The translations under genes were made by a program, and so were the position numbers. Positions 1 to 10,729 of a stretch of 64,000 nt of DNA are shown here, one piece after another (within the stretch, counting starts at the first letter, position 1; each line of letters begins with the position of its first letter). The DNA comes from an uncultured candidate division Zixibacteria bacterium (GTDB lineage: Bacteria > Zixibacteria > MSB-5A5 > GN15 > FEB-12), in assembly GCA_963806185.1 (NCBI GenBank), contig CAWDXE010000001.1, positions 1 through 64,000 of the forward strand, in the 5' to 3' direction. The notes under the pieces are model-generated. The model did not search any database. It was not told where the DNA came from and saw only the letters and a program-made list of their open reading frames with translations.

Positions 1-2576
1 TCGTTGGGCTGTCGCGCGACGATCTGAATGGGATAAGACATCTTGGTGAAGACGGTGGCGTATTGATAGCCCTTGTCGATCTGGACCATCGCAGAATCCA
101 TCATATTGTATTGATAGAACTGAGCGGCGAGCGCACCGTACGCACTGTACGCATAGTTGCTATCCTTGGTCTTCTGAGCGATCTCGATCAACTTGTGACC
201 AGACTGCAAGGCGGCCCGGAACTGACCGCGCCACTGGCTCAGGCTGACTTTGGCCGAATAGTACTCATACATTTCGTATGTATTGTCTTTGAACCGCTTG
301 CCTATTTGATCGAGATATTGTTCGGCCTGTTCGAAGTCGCGGCGGATGATCGCAAGGCGGTACATCCCCCAGAGGCCGTCGGACATACTCGGGAAGCGGC
401 GATCGTATTCCTGGTAGGCGGCCAGAGCGTCGTCGTAGCGCTGAAGCCGTCGATATAGCCGCCCAAGCGTCGAGTAAACCGATGCGCTCTCCGAATGATA
501 TTTGCGCATGGTTTCAATCCACTTGACGGCCTGATCGTATTTCCCGAGCTGTTCATAAACCGACGATTTTTGACCGAGCGCAAACTGGTAGGCGGGGTCA
601 AGCGACAGCGAGGAGTCGTACATTTTGAAGGCGAGTGTGGAATCCTGATTAAACGCCCACACGAGCAGTCCGTCGACCGCCAGAATCTCCTTATCATCGG
701 GATAGTTATTGGCCAGCGCCTGCAGCTTGGTGAAGGCATCGTCGTACTTCTGGTTCAGCCAGAGATCGGCATAAACGTCGAGCAGTCCCCGCTCGCGAAT
801 CGGCAGTTTCTGTTCGTGTTTCTTGGCCAGGGCGAAGTACTGCGCCCCCTCGCGGATGCGGGACTGAAATGCATTCGCCATGCCGATGCGCATGTAGGGA
901 AGGGCAAAAGTGGAATCTACAGCGATGGACTGCTGGAATTCGCGAATCGACTCGTCGTACTTCTCGTCGAGAAACAACTCGAGTCCGACAATATAGTGCT
1001 TGTACGCTTCGGGGGACGACGTGGTCACGTCGGCTACCGTACTGCTGCCGCCCGGATCGGTAACATTCAGCGACGCCGACATTTTGTGCGTGAGGCTGTC
1101 GATGAGAGCAACGGGATCGGCGCCGATCACCTTTTCGGCCAGCATGATTTTGCCGCTCGAAAGATCCTCCAGCCGGGCGTCGATGCGAATAATCTTCTCC
1201 CCCATTCTGAAGAAGGAACCGGACAGGAGCGTCGAGGCACCGAGGGCGTGCGCGGCCTCGACAAACGACTCGCGCGATTTCTCACCACCCTCCTTGGCGA
1301 CATAATCCTGAAGCCGGGTGGGATTGATGATCTCCATCGAGTGATGCTGCGACAGATCGGTGGCCAGGATTTCGGGAAGTCCCGACTCAAGCCAGTTCAG
1401 TGTCGTATCGTTGGTCTTGTTGTCGAAGCTGAGAATGGCGACAGCCCGGGTTCCGGCGAGGAGGCCGCCCGAGCGGGCATCCGTGACGTTGGCCGCGATT
1501 CTCTCCGCCAGGCGGAGTTTGTCCGCCTTGTCCTCGTCACTGGTGAAGGCGTCAAAGAGCATCGCGACCAAGGCGACGATCGTCAGCGCGCCAACCGGTA
1601 TTGCACAGCCCATCAGGGCTACCCATTTCCAAGTGAGCTGGAATTTCTTCTTTTCCTTCGCCGGGCGGAGCGCCGTCGTGGAGACGGTGTCGGTAACGCC
1701 GCTGTCGACCTGTTTGCGCAGGTTGCGAAGATCGACAACCAGATCGCGCGTATCCTGATACCGGTCGTTGGGATCCTTCTGCAGGCACTTATCGATAATT
1801 CGTTCCAACTCGGCGGGGATATTCTCGTTCTTGACGTGCGGGGCTTCGTGCGCGGCCTCGAGGATTTTGGCCAATGTCGATACCTGAGTAGTACCGGAGA
1901 ACGGGAGGATGCCCGTAGCCATGCGGTAGAGCACGATGCCAAAGGCAAACGTATCACTCCGCTGGTCGACCGGTTCGCCGCGCACCTGCTCGGGCGACAT
2001 GTATGAAACGGTGCCGAGAATCTTGCCTACTTTGGTCAATTCCTGGGAGACCGTGTGGGTCGAGTCGCCTTCCATCTGCACCGGATTGACCGGTTTGGCC
2101 AGTCCGAAATCGAGAATCTTCGGTTCGCCGTCTTCGTCGACAAAGATATTCTCCGGTTTGATGTCGCGATGGACGATGCCAAGCTTATGCGCGGCAGCCA
2201 AACCGGCGGCGATCTTTTCGGCGAGACGGAGAGTGCGAGTCATTTCGACCTTGCCGTCTTTGAGCAACGCCGACAGCGACTCGCCCTTGATGTATTCCAT
2301 GACGATGTAACTTAGGTCGCGGCCGCCGCTGTCCTTGGCGATGCCAAAGTCATGAATGGCCATGATATTGGGATGATTGATCTGTGCGGCCGTTCGCGCC
2401 TCACGCTGGAATCGCTCCTTGCCTTCAGCGTCATCGAAGAATTCCGCCGTCAGCGTCTTAAGCGCCACCTCGCGATGCAGCTTCTGATCCTCGGCCAGGT
2501 AGACGGTTCCCATACCACCTTCGCCGAGTTTCCGGATAATCTTGAAGTGTGCGAAAATCTGTCCTGCATCCAGCAT
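1..2576 (-). CDS. Hanks-type Ser/Thr protein kinase with TM helix, TolB/FlgO-like domain and TPR repeats (3' end runs off the window)
   Basis: Hand translation from ATG 2576: MLDAGQIFAHFKIIRKLGEGGMGTVYLAED..VALK, HRDIKPEN, DFGLAK, GTVSYMSPEQ. Then hydrophobic WVALMGCAIPVGALTIVALVAMLF and AVAILSFDNKT..LNWLESGLPEILATDL. Missing from the ORF track because its stop lies outside the window. Confidence 0.92.
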   Translation of the reverse strand, partial: MLDAGQIFAHFKIIRKLGEGGMGTVYLAEDQKLHREVALKTLTAEFFDDAEGKERFQREARTAAQINHPNIMAIHDFGIAKDSGGRDLSYIVMEYIKGESLSALLKDGKVEMTRTLRLAEKIAAGLAAAHKLGIVHRDIKPENIFVDEDGEPKILDFGLAKPVNPVQMEGDSTHTVSQELTKVGKILGTVSYMSPEQVRGEPVDQRSDTFAFGIVLYRMATGILPFSGTTQVSTLAKILEAAHEAPHVKNENIPAELERIIDKCLQKDPNDRYQDTRDLVVDLRNLRKQVDSGVTDTVSTTALRPAKEKKKFQLTWKWVALMGCAIPVGALTIVALVAMLFDAFTSDEDKADKLRLAERIAANVTDARSGGLLAGTRAVAILSFDNKTNDTTLNWLESGLPEILATDLSQHHSMEIINPTRLQDYVAKEGGEKSRESFVEAAHALGASTLLSGSFFRMGEKIIRIDARLEDLSSGKIMLAEKVIGADPVALIDSLTHKMSASLNVTDPGGSSTVADVTTSSPEAYKHYIVGLELFLDEKYDESIREFQQSIAVDSTFALPYMRIGMANAFQSRIREGAQYFALAKKHEQKLPIRERGLLDVYADLWLNQKYDDAFTKLQALANNYPDDKEILAVDGLLVWAFNQDSTLAFKMYDSSLSLDPAYQFALGQKSSVYEQLGKYDQAVKWIETMRKYHSESASVYSTLGRLYRRLQRYDDALAAYQEYDRRFPSMSDGLWGMYRLAIIRRDFEQAEQYLDQIGKRFKDNTYEMYEYYSAKVSLSQWRGQFRAALQSGHKLIEIAQKTKDSNYAYSAYGALAAQFYQYNMMDSAMVQIDKGYQYATVFTKMSYPIQIVARQPN

Positions 2577-2578
2577 GA

Positions 2579-4225
2579 TCACCCTCGCTTTACAACCAGC
2601 ATCGTGATATCGTCAGATCGCGGCGTGTCCGCGATGAAGGTTTCCAAACGTTTCATCATCGCTCCGGCCAGTTCCCTGGCAGTGGAGTGGCGATTTTGCG
2701 CGAGAAAATCGTACATCCGCGGCTCACCAAACTGTTCGGTGCCGTTTTCCGCTTCGGTGACACCGTCGGTGTAGACATAAATGAGATCACCCGGCTTCAC
2801 GGAGACGGTCTGTTCTTCCCAGACGATGAAGTCAAAGGCGCCGATCATACAGCCTGACGGTTCCAGCGTCTCGCGCGAACCATCGGGATGCATCAGCACC
2901 GGCGGGTTGTGGCCGGCGTTGACAAACCTGAGGGTGTTGTCGCGCGGATCAAGTATGGCGATAAACAAGGTGGCAAAGTCGTTTGGGGCGCTATAGCTGC
3001 AAAGCTGCCGCGACACCTGGACAACGGCCTTGGCCAGATCAAACTGCGGGTCGTTGTACAGAATCCGGAAAGACGCCAGAATATTGGACATCAACAGGGC
3101 GGCGCCCATCCCCTTGCCGGAGACGTCGCCAACCATGAGCAGCATGCGACCGTCGGGCAGAGAGGCGACATCATACAGATCGCCGCCCACCACGCGGCAC
3201 TGCTCCTGAAAAGCGAATATTTCATACCCTTCCAGTGCCGGACTGTCTTTCACCAGCAGATTCTTCTGAATCTGCGATGCCCGGCGGATCTCGGCGTCGA
3301 GCAGTTGTTTTTCCTGGCGTTCCAGCAACAATTCGTAGTTGACCAGCCGTGAGGCGATAATGTTGCCGAATACTGCCATGAGGCGGAGATAGTCGTCATT
3401 GTACCGATGCATCGGGTTAGTAGTATCCGCGTACAGAATGCCGAGCACGCGGCCGGCGTCAAAAAGCGGGACGGCCATGGCTGATTTCATATCGGACAGG
3501 ATGATCGACTGCTGAGCGGCAAAACGGGGATCATCCATCGGGTTGCCGATCAAAATCGCATTCTTCTCGGTCAAAATGTCATTAATAATGGTTCGCGAAA
3601 GTCGAAATGACCCCGGGTCTTTGCCCTGCGGCAGGACCGAAGCCGCCGTGTAGATTTCCTTCTGGTCCTCGGACGTAAACAACACTGCGAGGCGCTCGGC
3701 AGGAATGACTTTGGCGACGAGCTGAAGAGTGCGTTCGAGCATCGTCTCCTTGGGTTCGGTCAGCACCGGCACGCGCGCCAGTTCGGAGAGAGCGGGCAGC
3801 AGACCGGGGAGGTCGGTCACTTTCTGCGGCAGCGGTTTAAGGGCCTCGCGAATATCCAGAAAGACGGATTTTTCCGGCTCATTGATGGCCAATTGGGCCG
3901 TAGGCGGCTTGTTGATACTGGAGGATGCGTCCTTATCCCCGGTGATCCGAAAATCGGCCTGCCCAAAACTGATGGTATCGCCTGCTTTGATCTCAATCCG
4001 GCCGGTCACGCGATTCCCGTTCACGGCTGTACCATTATGACTTTCGAGATCCGTGAGAAACGCGATCTCGCTACCTTCGACGACCTCGATCTCGGCGTGT
4101 TTGCGGGACACGGTCTTATCGGTGATCTGGCAGGCAACGTCCGGATTGCGGCCGATGGTGTAATTCCCCGGGACCAGATCCCAGGCATAATAGCGGGTAC
4201 CGTCGGTACCGATCAGTCTGAGCAT
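2579..4225 (-). CDS. FHA-GAF-SpoIIE (PP2C-type) protein phosphatase
   Basis: FHA motifs IGR..SRKHA..D.ES.NGT; central GAF (SAMAVPL..LGILYAD); PP2C motifs VGGDLYD, GDVSGKG, NAGHNPP, YTDGVTE, DDITML. Confidence 0.92.
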   Translation of the reverse strand: MLRLIGTDGTRYYAWDLVPGNYTIGRNPDVACQITDKTVSRKHAEIEVVEGSEIAFLTDLESHNGTAVNGNRVTGRIEIKAGDTISFGQADFRITGDKDASSSINKPPTAQLAINEPEKSVFLDIREALKPLPQKVTDLPGLLPALSELARVPVLTEPKETMLERTLQLVAKVIPAERLAVLFTSEDQKEIYTAASVLPQGKDPGSFRLSRTIINDILTEKNAILIGNPMDDPRFAAQQSIILSDMKSAMAVPLFDAGRVLGILYADTTNPMHRYNDDYLRLMAVFGNIIASRLVNYELLLERQEKQLLDAEIRRASQIQKNLLVKDSPALEGYEIFAFQEQCRVVGGDLYDVASLPDGRMLLMVGDVSGKGMGAALLMSNILASFRILYNDPQFDLAKAVVQVSRQLCSYSAPNDFATLFIAILDPRDNTLRFVNAGHNPPVLMHPDGSRETLEPSGCMIGAFDFIVWEEQTVSVKPGDLIYVYTDGVTEAENGTEQFGEPRMYDFLAQNRHSTARELAGAMMKRLETFIADTPRSDDITMLVVKRG

Positions 4226-4342
4226 AGGATACGTACTTGCGCTAAGTGTATGTCAGAATTCCGTTTTGTTGGGAGAATATCGCATGTGCAATCATGAGAT
4301 TCAAGCCAATTCGTGCGGCCGGACGCTTCAGTCAGGACGAGA

Positions 4343-4735
4343 TTACCGGGCAACGTACTCGCGGACGACTGTAGTCTGAATGCCGCCACGATTATTAAAA
4401 ATGCCTTCGAGCCGAGCGCGGCGCGGCCTGACTGTACGAATGATGTCGTCCAACACCTTGTTAACCACATTCTCGTGGAAAATGCCTTTGTCGCGATAGG
4501 CCAGGAGGTACTCCTTGAAGCTCTTTAACTCAAGGCAGAGATTGCTGGGCACATAGCAGAGGCGGAGTTCCGCGAAGTCGGGCAGCCCGGTTTTGGGACA
4601 GACGCAGGTGAACTCGCCGATCGTCATCCGGATTTCATAATCGCGGTCGGTGTAGATATTGGCAAAGGACTCGATCTGGGGCGTTTGCCAGGCCCGGATT
4701 TCGTCCTGCCGACCCTCGTATTCAGATTCAGTCAT
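4343..4735 (-). CDS. queF: preQ1 synthase (7-cyano-7-deazaguanine reductase), single-domain type
   Basis: [31 protein letters not shown] motifs. The true start is ATG 4735 inside the longer ORF. Confidence 0.93.
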   Translation of the reverse strand: MTESEYEGRQDEIRAWQTPQIESFANIYTDRDYEIRMTIGEFTCVCPKTGLPDFAELRLCYVPSNLCLELKSFKEYLLAYRDKGIFHENVVNKVLDDIIRTVRPRRARLEGIFNNRGGIQTTVVREYVAR

Positions 4736-4840
4736 CCTGTAATATATGGAGTACGCGGACTCATGGCAATGTCGCAGAGAGCTTTTGCCCGGCCCGCCGT
4801 CATTGGTTATATTCGACCCGCCCGGCAGCGGGTCACTTAT

Positions 4841-5566
4841 ATGACTGATACTACGCGCACAAACAATTCCGCCCCCGATCGAGCCGTCGTGCTCCTGAGT
4901 GGAGGGCTCGATTCGGCGACCGCCCTGGCCATCGCGAAGGCCGAAGGATACGCCGTCTGGGCCGTTTCCTTTGATTACGGCCAGCGCCACCGAGTGGAAC
5001 TGGAGGCGGCCCGGCGGGTTGCGATTTCCCAGGGGGTGAGGGAACACCGAATTGTCGCGTGCGATTTGCGCAGCATCGGTGGCTCCGCTCTCACCGATGA
5101 AATTGCCGTGCCCAAAGATAGTCTCCAACCCGGCGTGATTCCGACAACGTACGTGCCGGCGCGGAATACGATCTTCCTGTCGCTTGCGTTGGGGTACGCC
5201 GAGGTGGTTGGTGCCAGAACGATCATCATCGGCGCCAATGCCATCGATTACTCCGGCTACCCCGATTGTCGGCCGGATTACCTGAAGGCTTTTGAGACGA
5301 TGGCTAATCTGGCGACCAAGGCGGGTGTAGAAGGTCGAACGATTCAGATCTACGCCCCGTTGATTCACCTGACAAAAGCTGAGATCATTCGTAAGGGCAT
5401 TGAACTGGCCGTTGACTACCGACTCACTTTCAGTTGCTATGATCCCGATTCCCTGGGGCGTGCCTGCGGTCATTGCGATAGTTGTCTATTGAGAAAGAAG
5501 GGGTTTGCCGAGGCCGGCGTCACGGATCCAACTGTTTACTCTGGCTCAGCCGAGGCGCAAAAGTGA
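4841..5566 (+). CDS. queC: 7-cyano-7-deazaguanine synthase
   Basis: [35 protein letters not shown]. Confidence 0.96.
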   Translation: MTDTTRTNNSAPDRAVVLLSGGLDSATALAIAKAEGYAVWAVSFDYGQRHRVELEAARRVAISQGVREHRIVACDLRSIGGSALTDEIAVPKDSLQPGVIPTTYVPARNTIFLSLALGYAEVVGARTIIIGANAIDYSGYPDCRPDYLKAFETMANLATKAGVEGRTIQIYAPLIHLTKAEIIRKGIELAVDYRLTFSCYDPDSLGRACGHCDSCLLRKKGFAEAGVTDPTVYSGSAEAQK

Positions 5567-6309
5567 GCCATACCCCCGGAGTCGTGCCGTGGCCTTCTTC
5601 CTTCGGCGACAAACTGGCCATCAGCGAGGTTTTCTATTCCATTCAGGGTGAAGGTCGCTTTGCGGGGAGGCCGTCGATCTTCATTCGCCTGGCCTACTGT
5701 AATCTGGGCTGTGTCTGGTGTGACACGCGGTTCACGTGGGATCCTGCCAAATTCACGCCGGAGATGCTCCGCACGCCGGTCGAGGCAGTCCAATTGGCCT
5801 TGTCGGTACTTCCGAAGGGAGCGGCAGCCGGGGAGGTGGACGTCGTGATCACCGGCGGAGAACCAATGCTCCAGCAGGAGCGCATTCCTGCCCTCATTGA
5901 CGAAATGGCCAAGGAGGGTTTTGCGTTTTTTGAGATCGAGACCAACGGCATGTATCGGCCGAGTCAAGATATGCTCAGCCGAATCTCCTGGTTCAACGGT
6001 TCACCTAAACTGTCGAACAACAGCCTGGCGATGGATGTCAACTGCGTGCCCGACGTCTTGCGAATACTCGATGCCACCAACCGGGCCGATTTCAAATTCG
6101 TCGTGCAAAGCGAGGACGATATAACGGAGATCGTCACTTGGTATCTCCCCCACATCCGGCGGGAGCATGTATACCTTATGCCGGAAGGGGTGACTGCCCA
6201 GCGTCAGTTGTCCGCGATGCCTTGGGTGCTGGAAGCGTGCCGCAAATATCGGTTTCGGTTCAGCCCGCGCCTGCATGTCATGGCCTGGGGAAACGAACGC
6301 GGCAGATAA
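5563..6309 (+). CDS. queE: 7-carboxy-7-deazaguanine synthase (radical SAM)
   Basis: [39 protein letters not shown] start overlaps the queC stop. Confidence 0.93.
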   Translation: MSHTPGVVPWPSSFGDKLAISEVFYSIQGEGRFAGRPSIFIRLAYCNLGCVWCDTRFTWDPAKFTPEMLRTPVEAVQLALSVLPKGAAAGEVDVVITGGEPMLQQERIPALIDEMAKEGFAFFEIETNGMYRPSQDMLSRISWFNGSPKLSNNSLAMDVNCVPDVLRILDATNRADFKFVVQSEDDITEIVTWYLPHIRREHVYLMPEGVTAQRQLSAMPWVLEACRKYRFRFSPRLHVMAWGNERGR

Positions 6310-6318
6310 AGGACCGGT

Positions 6319-6681
6319 ATGAAAGCTCGATTGACACACGAATTTCGGTTTGAAGCGTCCCATCAACTGAATCACCTGTCATCCGATCACCCCTGCTATC
6401 GGCTGCACGGCCATTCTTATGCTGTCGTGATTGAGGTGACGGGAGACGTAAACGAGGCGACCGGTTTTCTCGTCGACTACGCCGACATTGTAAAGGCTGT
6501 GCAACCGGTGATCGACCGACTTGATCACAATCATCTGAACGACGTTCCGGGACTGCGGATAGCCTCGGCCGAGTTCATCGCCGCCTGGCTGTGGAAGGAG
6601 ATCAAGCCGCATCTGCCGATCCTCTTCCGTATCTCCGTGGCCGAGACGGCTCTGACAAGATGCGAGTACTCGGGCGACTGA
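6319..6681 (+). CDS. queD: 6-carboxy-5,6,7,8-tetrahydropterin synthase
   Basis: FEASH, CYRLHGHSY, LDHNHLN, SAE motifs. Confidence 0.93.
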   Translation: MKARLTHEFRFEASHQLNHLSSDHPCYRLHGHSYAVVIEVTGDVNEATGFLVDYADIVKAVQPVIDRLDHNHLNDVPGLRIASAEFIAAWLWKEIKPHLPILFRISVAETALTRCEYSGD

Positions 6682-6855
6682 CGTGACCACGTCAGGGTGG
6701 AAAGCACACGGGGGTCGTCCGCCGTCAATACATTGGCAACCAATCCGTTATGCTGAGCGGGCAGTTTCATGGCCCCAGCCTCATCCGAACCGAAAGCTGA
6801 AGAAAGCGAGCAATTACTTCGATCCGAAAAGACCATTTTTAGTTCCAAAGAGGGC

Positions 6856-6891
6856 TTGACAAGCAGACCGATTTTGTTATCTTTTTCACAA
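6856..6891 (+). promoter_or_regulatory. sigma70-type promoter with an overlapping Rex/CRP-like operator
   Basis: TTGACA (6856)-16 nt-TATCTT (6878). TTGTTAT-CTTT-TTCACAA at 6874-6891 resembles TTGTGAA-N4-TTCACAA. The same arrangement recurs at 17735-17770. Confidence 0.7.
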
Positions 6892-6935
6892 GTTTTGGTA
6901 AGTTTAGGACATTTAACGGGTTCGAGGGTCACACC

Positions 6936-7514
6936 ATGAAGCTCCGGCACGTTTTCTCAGTGACGTTGGCTATCCTTTTAATATTGAACGGGTTACTGTT
7001 TGGTCAGGCGATGGACTCCGCAAAAGCGGCGGCCCATATGAACATGATGGGGGCTCACCCGGGCTCAGATGCGAAACCACCCGATTCGTCCAAAATCCGC
7101 AGTTTCATGTCCGACGGAACCGACACTCTTTTTGCTCCCGAGGATTTCATCGTGGTTGAAACCCATCACCAGCTGTACCCCGATTTTCTTCAGATCGACA
7201 CGGTGAAGTTTCACCAGCGCTTTCAACTTGGCGAGGAGAATATCTACGCCGAAGCGTTTCGATTTGTCCCGGACCTTAAGATTACGATGAAGGGTGAGAA
7301 GATCAAGACGTCGGATACATTATATAACCCGGCAGTGCAACTCCGGGTATTTGTCGTCGATACGACAACGCAGAAGGATTCTCTGGTACAAGAGAGCTGG
7401 GCGTTCTCAGTTGGGGGTTCGCCCCACTTCTCCCGTCACTCCTTTTTCGCCTTTTCGCTGAAGAACTACCAAGTCGCTAATCCCAAGTACATTAAGCCGA
7501 CCGAAGGAAAGTAG
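6936..7514 (+). CDS. Exported protein, DUF2155/ResB-periplasmic-like, first gene of the cytochrome operon
   Basis: Signal peptide. The FVPDLKI..S..YNPAVQL..WAF..PHF pattern recalls DUF2155 proteins found beside multiheme cytochrome clusters. Confidence 0.55.
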   Translation: MKLRHVFSVTLAILLILNGLLFGQAMDSAKAAAHMNMMGAHPGSDAKPPDSSKIRSFMSDGTDTLFAPEDFIVVETHHQLYPDFLQIDTVKFHQRFQLGEENIYAEAFRFVPDLKITMKGEKIKTSDTLYNPAVQLRVFVVDTTTQKDSLVQESWAFSVGGSPHFSRHSFFAFSLKNYQVANPKYIKPTEGK

Positions 7515-7523
7515 CAACGGATC

Positions 7524-10500
7524 ATGCGCACCTTCACCTTGCTCCCCGCCATTCGCCGAGTCATCATAATTCTTGGCTTGCTCACTCTTGCTGTTCCGGC
7601 TTACGCCGCCAAACAATGCCTCGATTGCCACAAGAAAGCGCAAGCGGAGTTCTTCGCAAAGAAGATCGTCCACGATCCGGTGAAGCAGCAGAATTGCGAA
7701 TCGTGCCATAAGCGGCACGGCTTTGCCAACAAGTTGGTCCTGACCGACAATACGTCAGAACTCTGCTACACGTGTCATAAGGATTTGAAGGCACAGTTTT
7801 CCGGCGGCAAGGTACACTTCCCGGTGGAAAAGGGAGCCTGCTGGGATTGCCACGACCCTCACTCATCGGACAAAAAGGGGCTGATTCGCAAGGGACCTGA
7901 GGACGCCGATGATCCGGGTGGCTGTTTAAGCTGCCACAAGGACGATATCCAGGCGTTCGGTGCGGCCAAGTTCAGGCATACGCCGTACGAAAAGCAAGAC
8001 TGCCTCGTCTGCCACAATCCGCACAATAGCACCGAAGCCGGTTTACTGCGAAGCGAAGCCGCCACGCTTTGCGCCACCTGCCACAAGCCGGACGACAAGA
8101 AGACGCTTGCCGCTCACGAAGGCAAGTTCATTGCCGGACTTAAGTGTTCGGATTGTCACACCGGTCACTCGACTGACAAAAAGGGATTGCTCTCCTCCAA
8201 CACGCACACACCGTTTGCTGAAGGAAGCTGCGATGGGTGTCATGCTCTGCCCGACGCTGAAGGGAAGATTTCGTTTGCCGAAGGAGTGACGGCCGGAAAT
8301 GTCTGCGCCAATTGCCACGCCGATCAAGCCGACGGGCCCAATCAACCGTTTCCGCATCCTGCGGTGGAAGCAGACAACTGCGACAACTGCCACCAGCCGC
8401 ATTCATCCACTTATGGAAAACTGCTCAAGGATGAAGAAGGAAAGATGTGCCGGGAGTGTCACGCGGACATTGGCGCTGACACCACGCAACTGGTTCACGT
8501 TCCGGTGGTCTTAAACGAGTGCAGTTCGTGCCACGAAGTACACGGCTCGAAAGTCGAGCATCTTCTGAAAAAGACCGGCAGTGAACTCTGCCTGGGCTGT
8601 CACACCGAGTACACCGCGCTGCGCGATTCCGCCAAGTCGGTCCATGCCGGGGCTGAGGACTGCCTGCAGTGTCACGATCCACATCAGGGGAAAACCGGGC
8701 CGCTGCTCAAGGCTCCGCCCGCTGAACTCTGCAGCACCTGTCACGAGCCGGAGAAAACGGCGGTGACGGCCAAGTCGAGTCATTCGCCGTATCTCGATGG
8801 CGATTGTGCTGCCTGTCACTCGCCGCATTTTTCCAAATCGGAGCATCTGATCCGCGTCGACGGTTCGAAGCTCTGCCTCGCCTGTCACCCGCAAATCGAA
8901 TTGCGCATCAATGCGAGCACGCCGCATCCACCGGCGACGGAAGATTGTCGCACCTGTCATACGCCGCACTTCTCGGACCAGCCAAAGCTCATGGTCTCCA
9001 ACCCGAAAGAGATGTGCACGAGTTGTCATGACCTGAAGGATCTCGGAGCGAGCGGCAGCCATGTGCACACGCCCGTAGCCGACGGCGACTGCACGGGATG
9101 CCACGATCCTCATGGTGCGGACGCAAAGAAATTGCTGTCCGGGCGGGCAAAGCCGTTGACGGTGGGCGGCGTGACGATACTCCGCAGTCCGAAAATCGGC
9201 GAGAAGCGCGCCGACCTCTGTTACACCTGCCACGAAACCCTCGAAGACAAATTCAAAGCTGGCAAAATGCATGCGCCGGTGGCCACCGGCGATTGTGACG
9301 CCTGCCATGCGTCGCACGGTTCCGATAACCCTGGATTCATTAAAGACACGCCCGCAAAATTGTGCGGTAATTGCCATGCGCCGGATCAGGCGCTGACAGC
9401 CAAGCACTCCGGCTACGACCTGACTACGGCCGACTGTACCGATTGTCACAACCCGCATTCGTCGACCAAGGAAAAGCTCCTGCGGACCAATGACCACCCG
9501 CCGTTTGCCGACAAAGCCTGTGACAATTGCCATACGGTCGGTCCCGATGGTAAACCACAACTTTCGGCGACATTATCAGAGGTGTGTGCATCCTGCCACG
9601 ACATGGTCGCCACCGAAAACGCCAAAGCAGTTCACCACGCCCCCTTCGAGGGCGGTCAATGCACCGATTGCCACAGTGCGCACGCGTCAGATTACACCCA
9701 CTTGTTGCGCTCCGACGGCAACGATCTGTGCCTCAAGTGTCATACCGATATCAAAGACCTTCAACATTCGCCGGTCCAGCACAAACCATTTGCCACCGGC
9801 AAGTGCCTGGACTGTCACGCTCCTCATGCGTCACAATACCCCAAACTCACGACGAAGCCGGCCGAGAGTTTCTGTCTGAGCTGCCACACGCAACTGAAAG
9901 AAGACATGGGTAAGGGGGTCGTGCACACGCCGGCCAAGAACGGCAAATGTCTCGAATGTCATCTCCCCCACGCCGGCGCGAATGCCTCGCTTCTCGTCTC
10001 AGAAAGAAGCCAACTTTGCGCTCGCTGTCACAATCTAAACAGCCCCGTGCTGACCGCGGCACATCACGGCTTTGATATGACCAATGTCAATTGCCAGAGC
10101 TGCCACGCCGCACATGTCGGACAAAAGGGGAGCAAAGGGCTTCTGTTACCGAAAACGCACCAGCCGTTCCTTTCGCGCGACTGCAGCCAGTGCCACGAGG
10201 CCACGGGCAAGCATGCCTTGAAAGCTCCCGGTAAAGAGCTCTGTCTGACCTGTCATAAACAATTCCAACACAGTATGACCAAGGCTGTGGCGCACCCGCC
10301 GATCACCGACGACAACGGTTGTGTCAAATGCCATTCGCCGCACGTGGGATTCACGAAGAATCTGCTCATCAAGGACGGGGCGGCCACCTGTTTGACGTGC
10401 CACGCGGATAGAGAATTCACCGGCTCGGTGAAACATAAGATCGCGTACGACGATTGCGGCAATTGCCATCAGCCGCATTCAGCGGACTATAAGTCGCTGT

Positions 10501-10721
10501 TGAGCACACCGGACATTATGGCGCTATGCCTCCAGTGTCACAAGGATGCCACCAAAACACACTACCACCCGATGACAAAGGAAATCATCGACCCACGCAC
10601 CAAAAAGCCGATCAACTGCGTGAGTTGCCATTCGCCGCATTCCTCCGATTTTGAGTCTATCCTGGTGGGCGACAAAAACCGTAAGCTGTGCGTGAGTTGT
10701 CACGATGTCAGCCAACACTGA
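7524..10721 (+). CDS. Giant exported multiheme cytochrome c, 42 CxxCH motifs (paired/doubled CxxCH repeat family)
   Basis: Signal peptide ending AVPAYA. 42 CxxCH counted by hand in 1065 aa, in repeating H.P....CxxCH.PH.S....LL......CxxCH units. Confidence 0.95.
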   Translation: MRTFTLLPAIRRVIIILGLLTLAVPAYAAKQCLDCHKKAQAEFFAKKIVHDPVKQQNCESCHKRHGFANKLVLTDNTSELCYTCHKDLKAQFSGGKVHFPVEKGACWDCHDPHSSDKKGLIRKGPEDADDPGGCLSCHKDDIQAFGAAKFRHTPYEKQDCLVCHNPHNSTEAGLLRSEAATLCATCHKPDDKKTLAAHEGKFIAGLKCSDCHTGHSTDKKGLLSSNTHTPFAEGSCDGCHALPDAEGKISFAEGVTAGNVCANCHADQADGPNQPFPHPAVEADNCDNCHQPHSSTYGKLLKDEEGKMCRECHADIGADTTQLVHVPVVLNECSSCHEVHGSKVEHLLKKTGSELCLGCHTEYTALRDSAKSVHAGAEDCLQCHDPHQGKTGPLLKAPPAELCSTCHEPEKTAVTAKSSHSPYLDGDCAACHSPHFSKSEHLIRVDGSKLCLACHPQIELRINASTPHPPATEDCRTCHTPHFSDQPKLMVSNPKEMCTSCHDLKDLGASGSHVHTPVADGDCTGCHDPHGADAKKLLSGRAKPLTVGGVTILRSPKIGEKRADLCYTCHETLEDKFKAGKMHAPVATGDCDACHASHGSDNPGFIKDTPAKLCGNCHAPDQALTAKHSGYDLTTADCTDCHNPHSSTKEKLLRTNDHPPFADKACDNCHTVGPDGKPQLSATLSEVCASCHDMVATENAKAVHHAPFEGGQCTDCHSAHASDYTHLLRSDGNDLCLKCHTDIKDLQHSPVQHKPFATGKCLDCHAPHASQYPKLTTKPAESFCLSCHTQLKEDMGKGVVHTPAKNGKCLECHLPHAGANASLLVSERSQLCARCHNLNSPVLTAAHHGFDMTNVNCQSCHAAHVGQKGSKGLLLPKTHQPFLSRDCSQCHEATGKHALKAPGKELCLTCHKQFQHSMTKAVAHPPITDDNGCVKCHSPHVGFTKNLLIKDGAATCLTCHADREFTGSVKHKIAYDDCGNCHQPHSADYKSLLSTPDIMALCLQCHKDATKTHYHPMTKEIIDPRTKKPINCVSCHSPHSSDFESILVGDKNRKLCVSCHDVSQH

Positions 10722-10729
10722 GACCGAGA

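Noticed and set aside
63..2774. Long plus-strand ORFs (495-2006 and others)
   Set aside because: Antisense shadows of the kinase gene with no motifs of their own.
4736..4840. preQ1 riboswitch between queF and queC
   Set aside because: No recognisable preQ1 stem or A-rich tail.
4736..5473. N-terminal extension of the 376-aa ORF containing queF
   Set aside because: Mostly antisense to queC; QueF homology starts at ATG 4735.
7524..10721. CRISPR-like periodicity
   Set aside because: The periodicity is protein-level heme repeats; no identical DNA repeats with spacers anywhere in the window.
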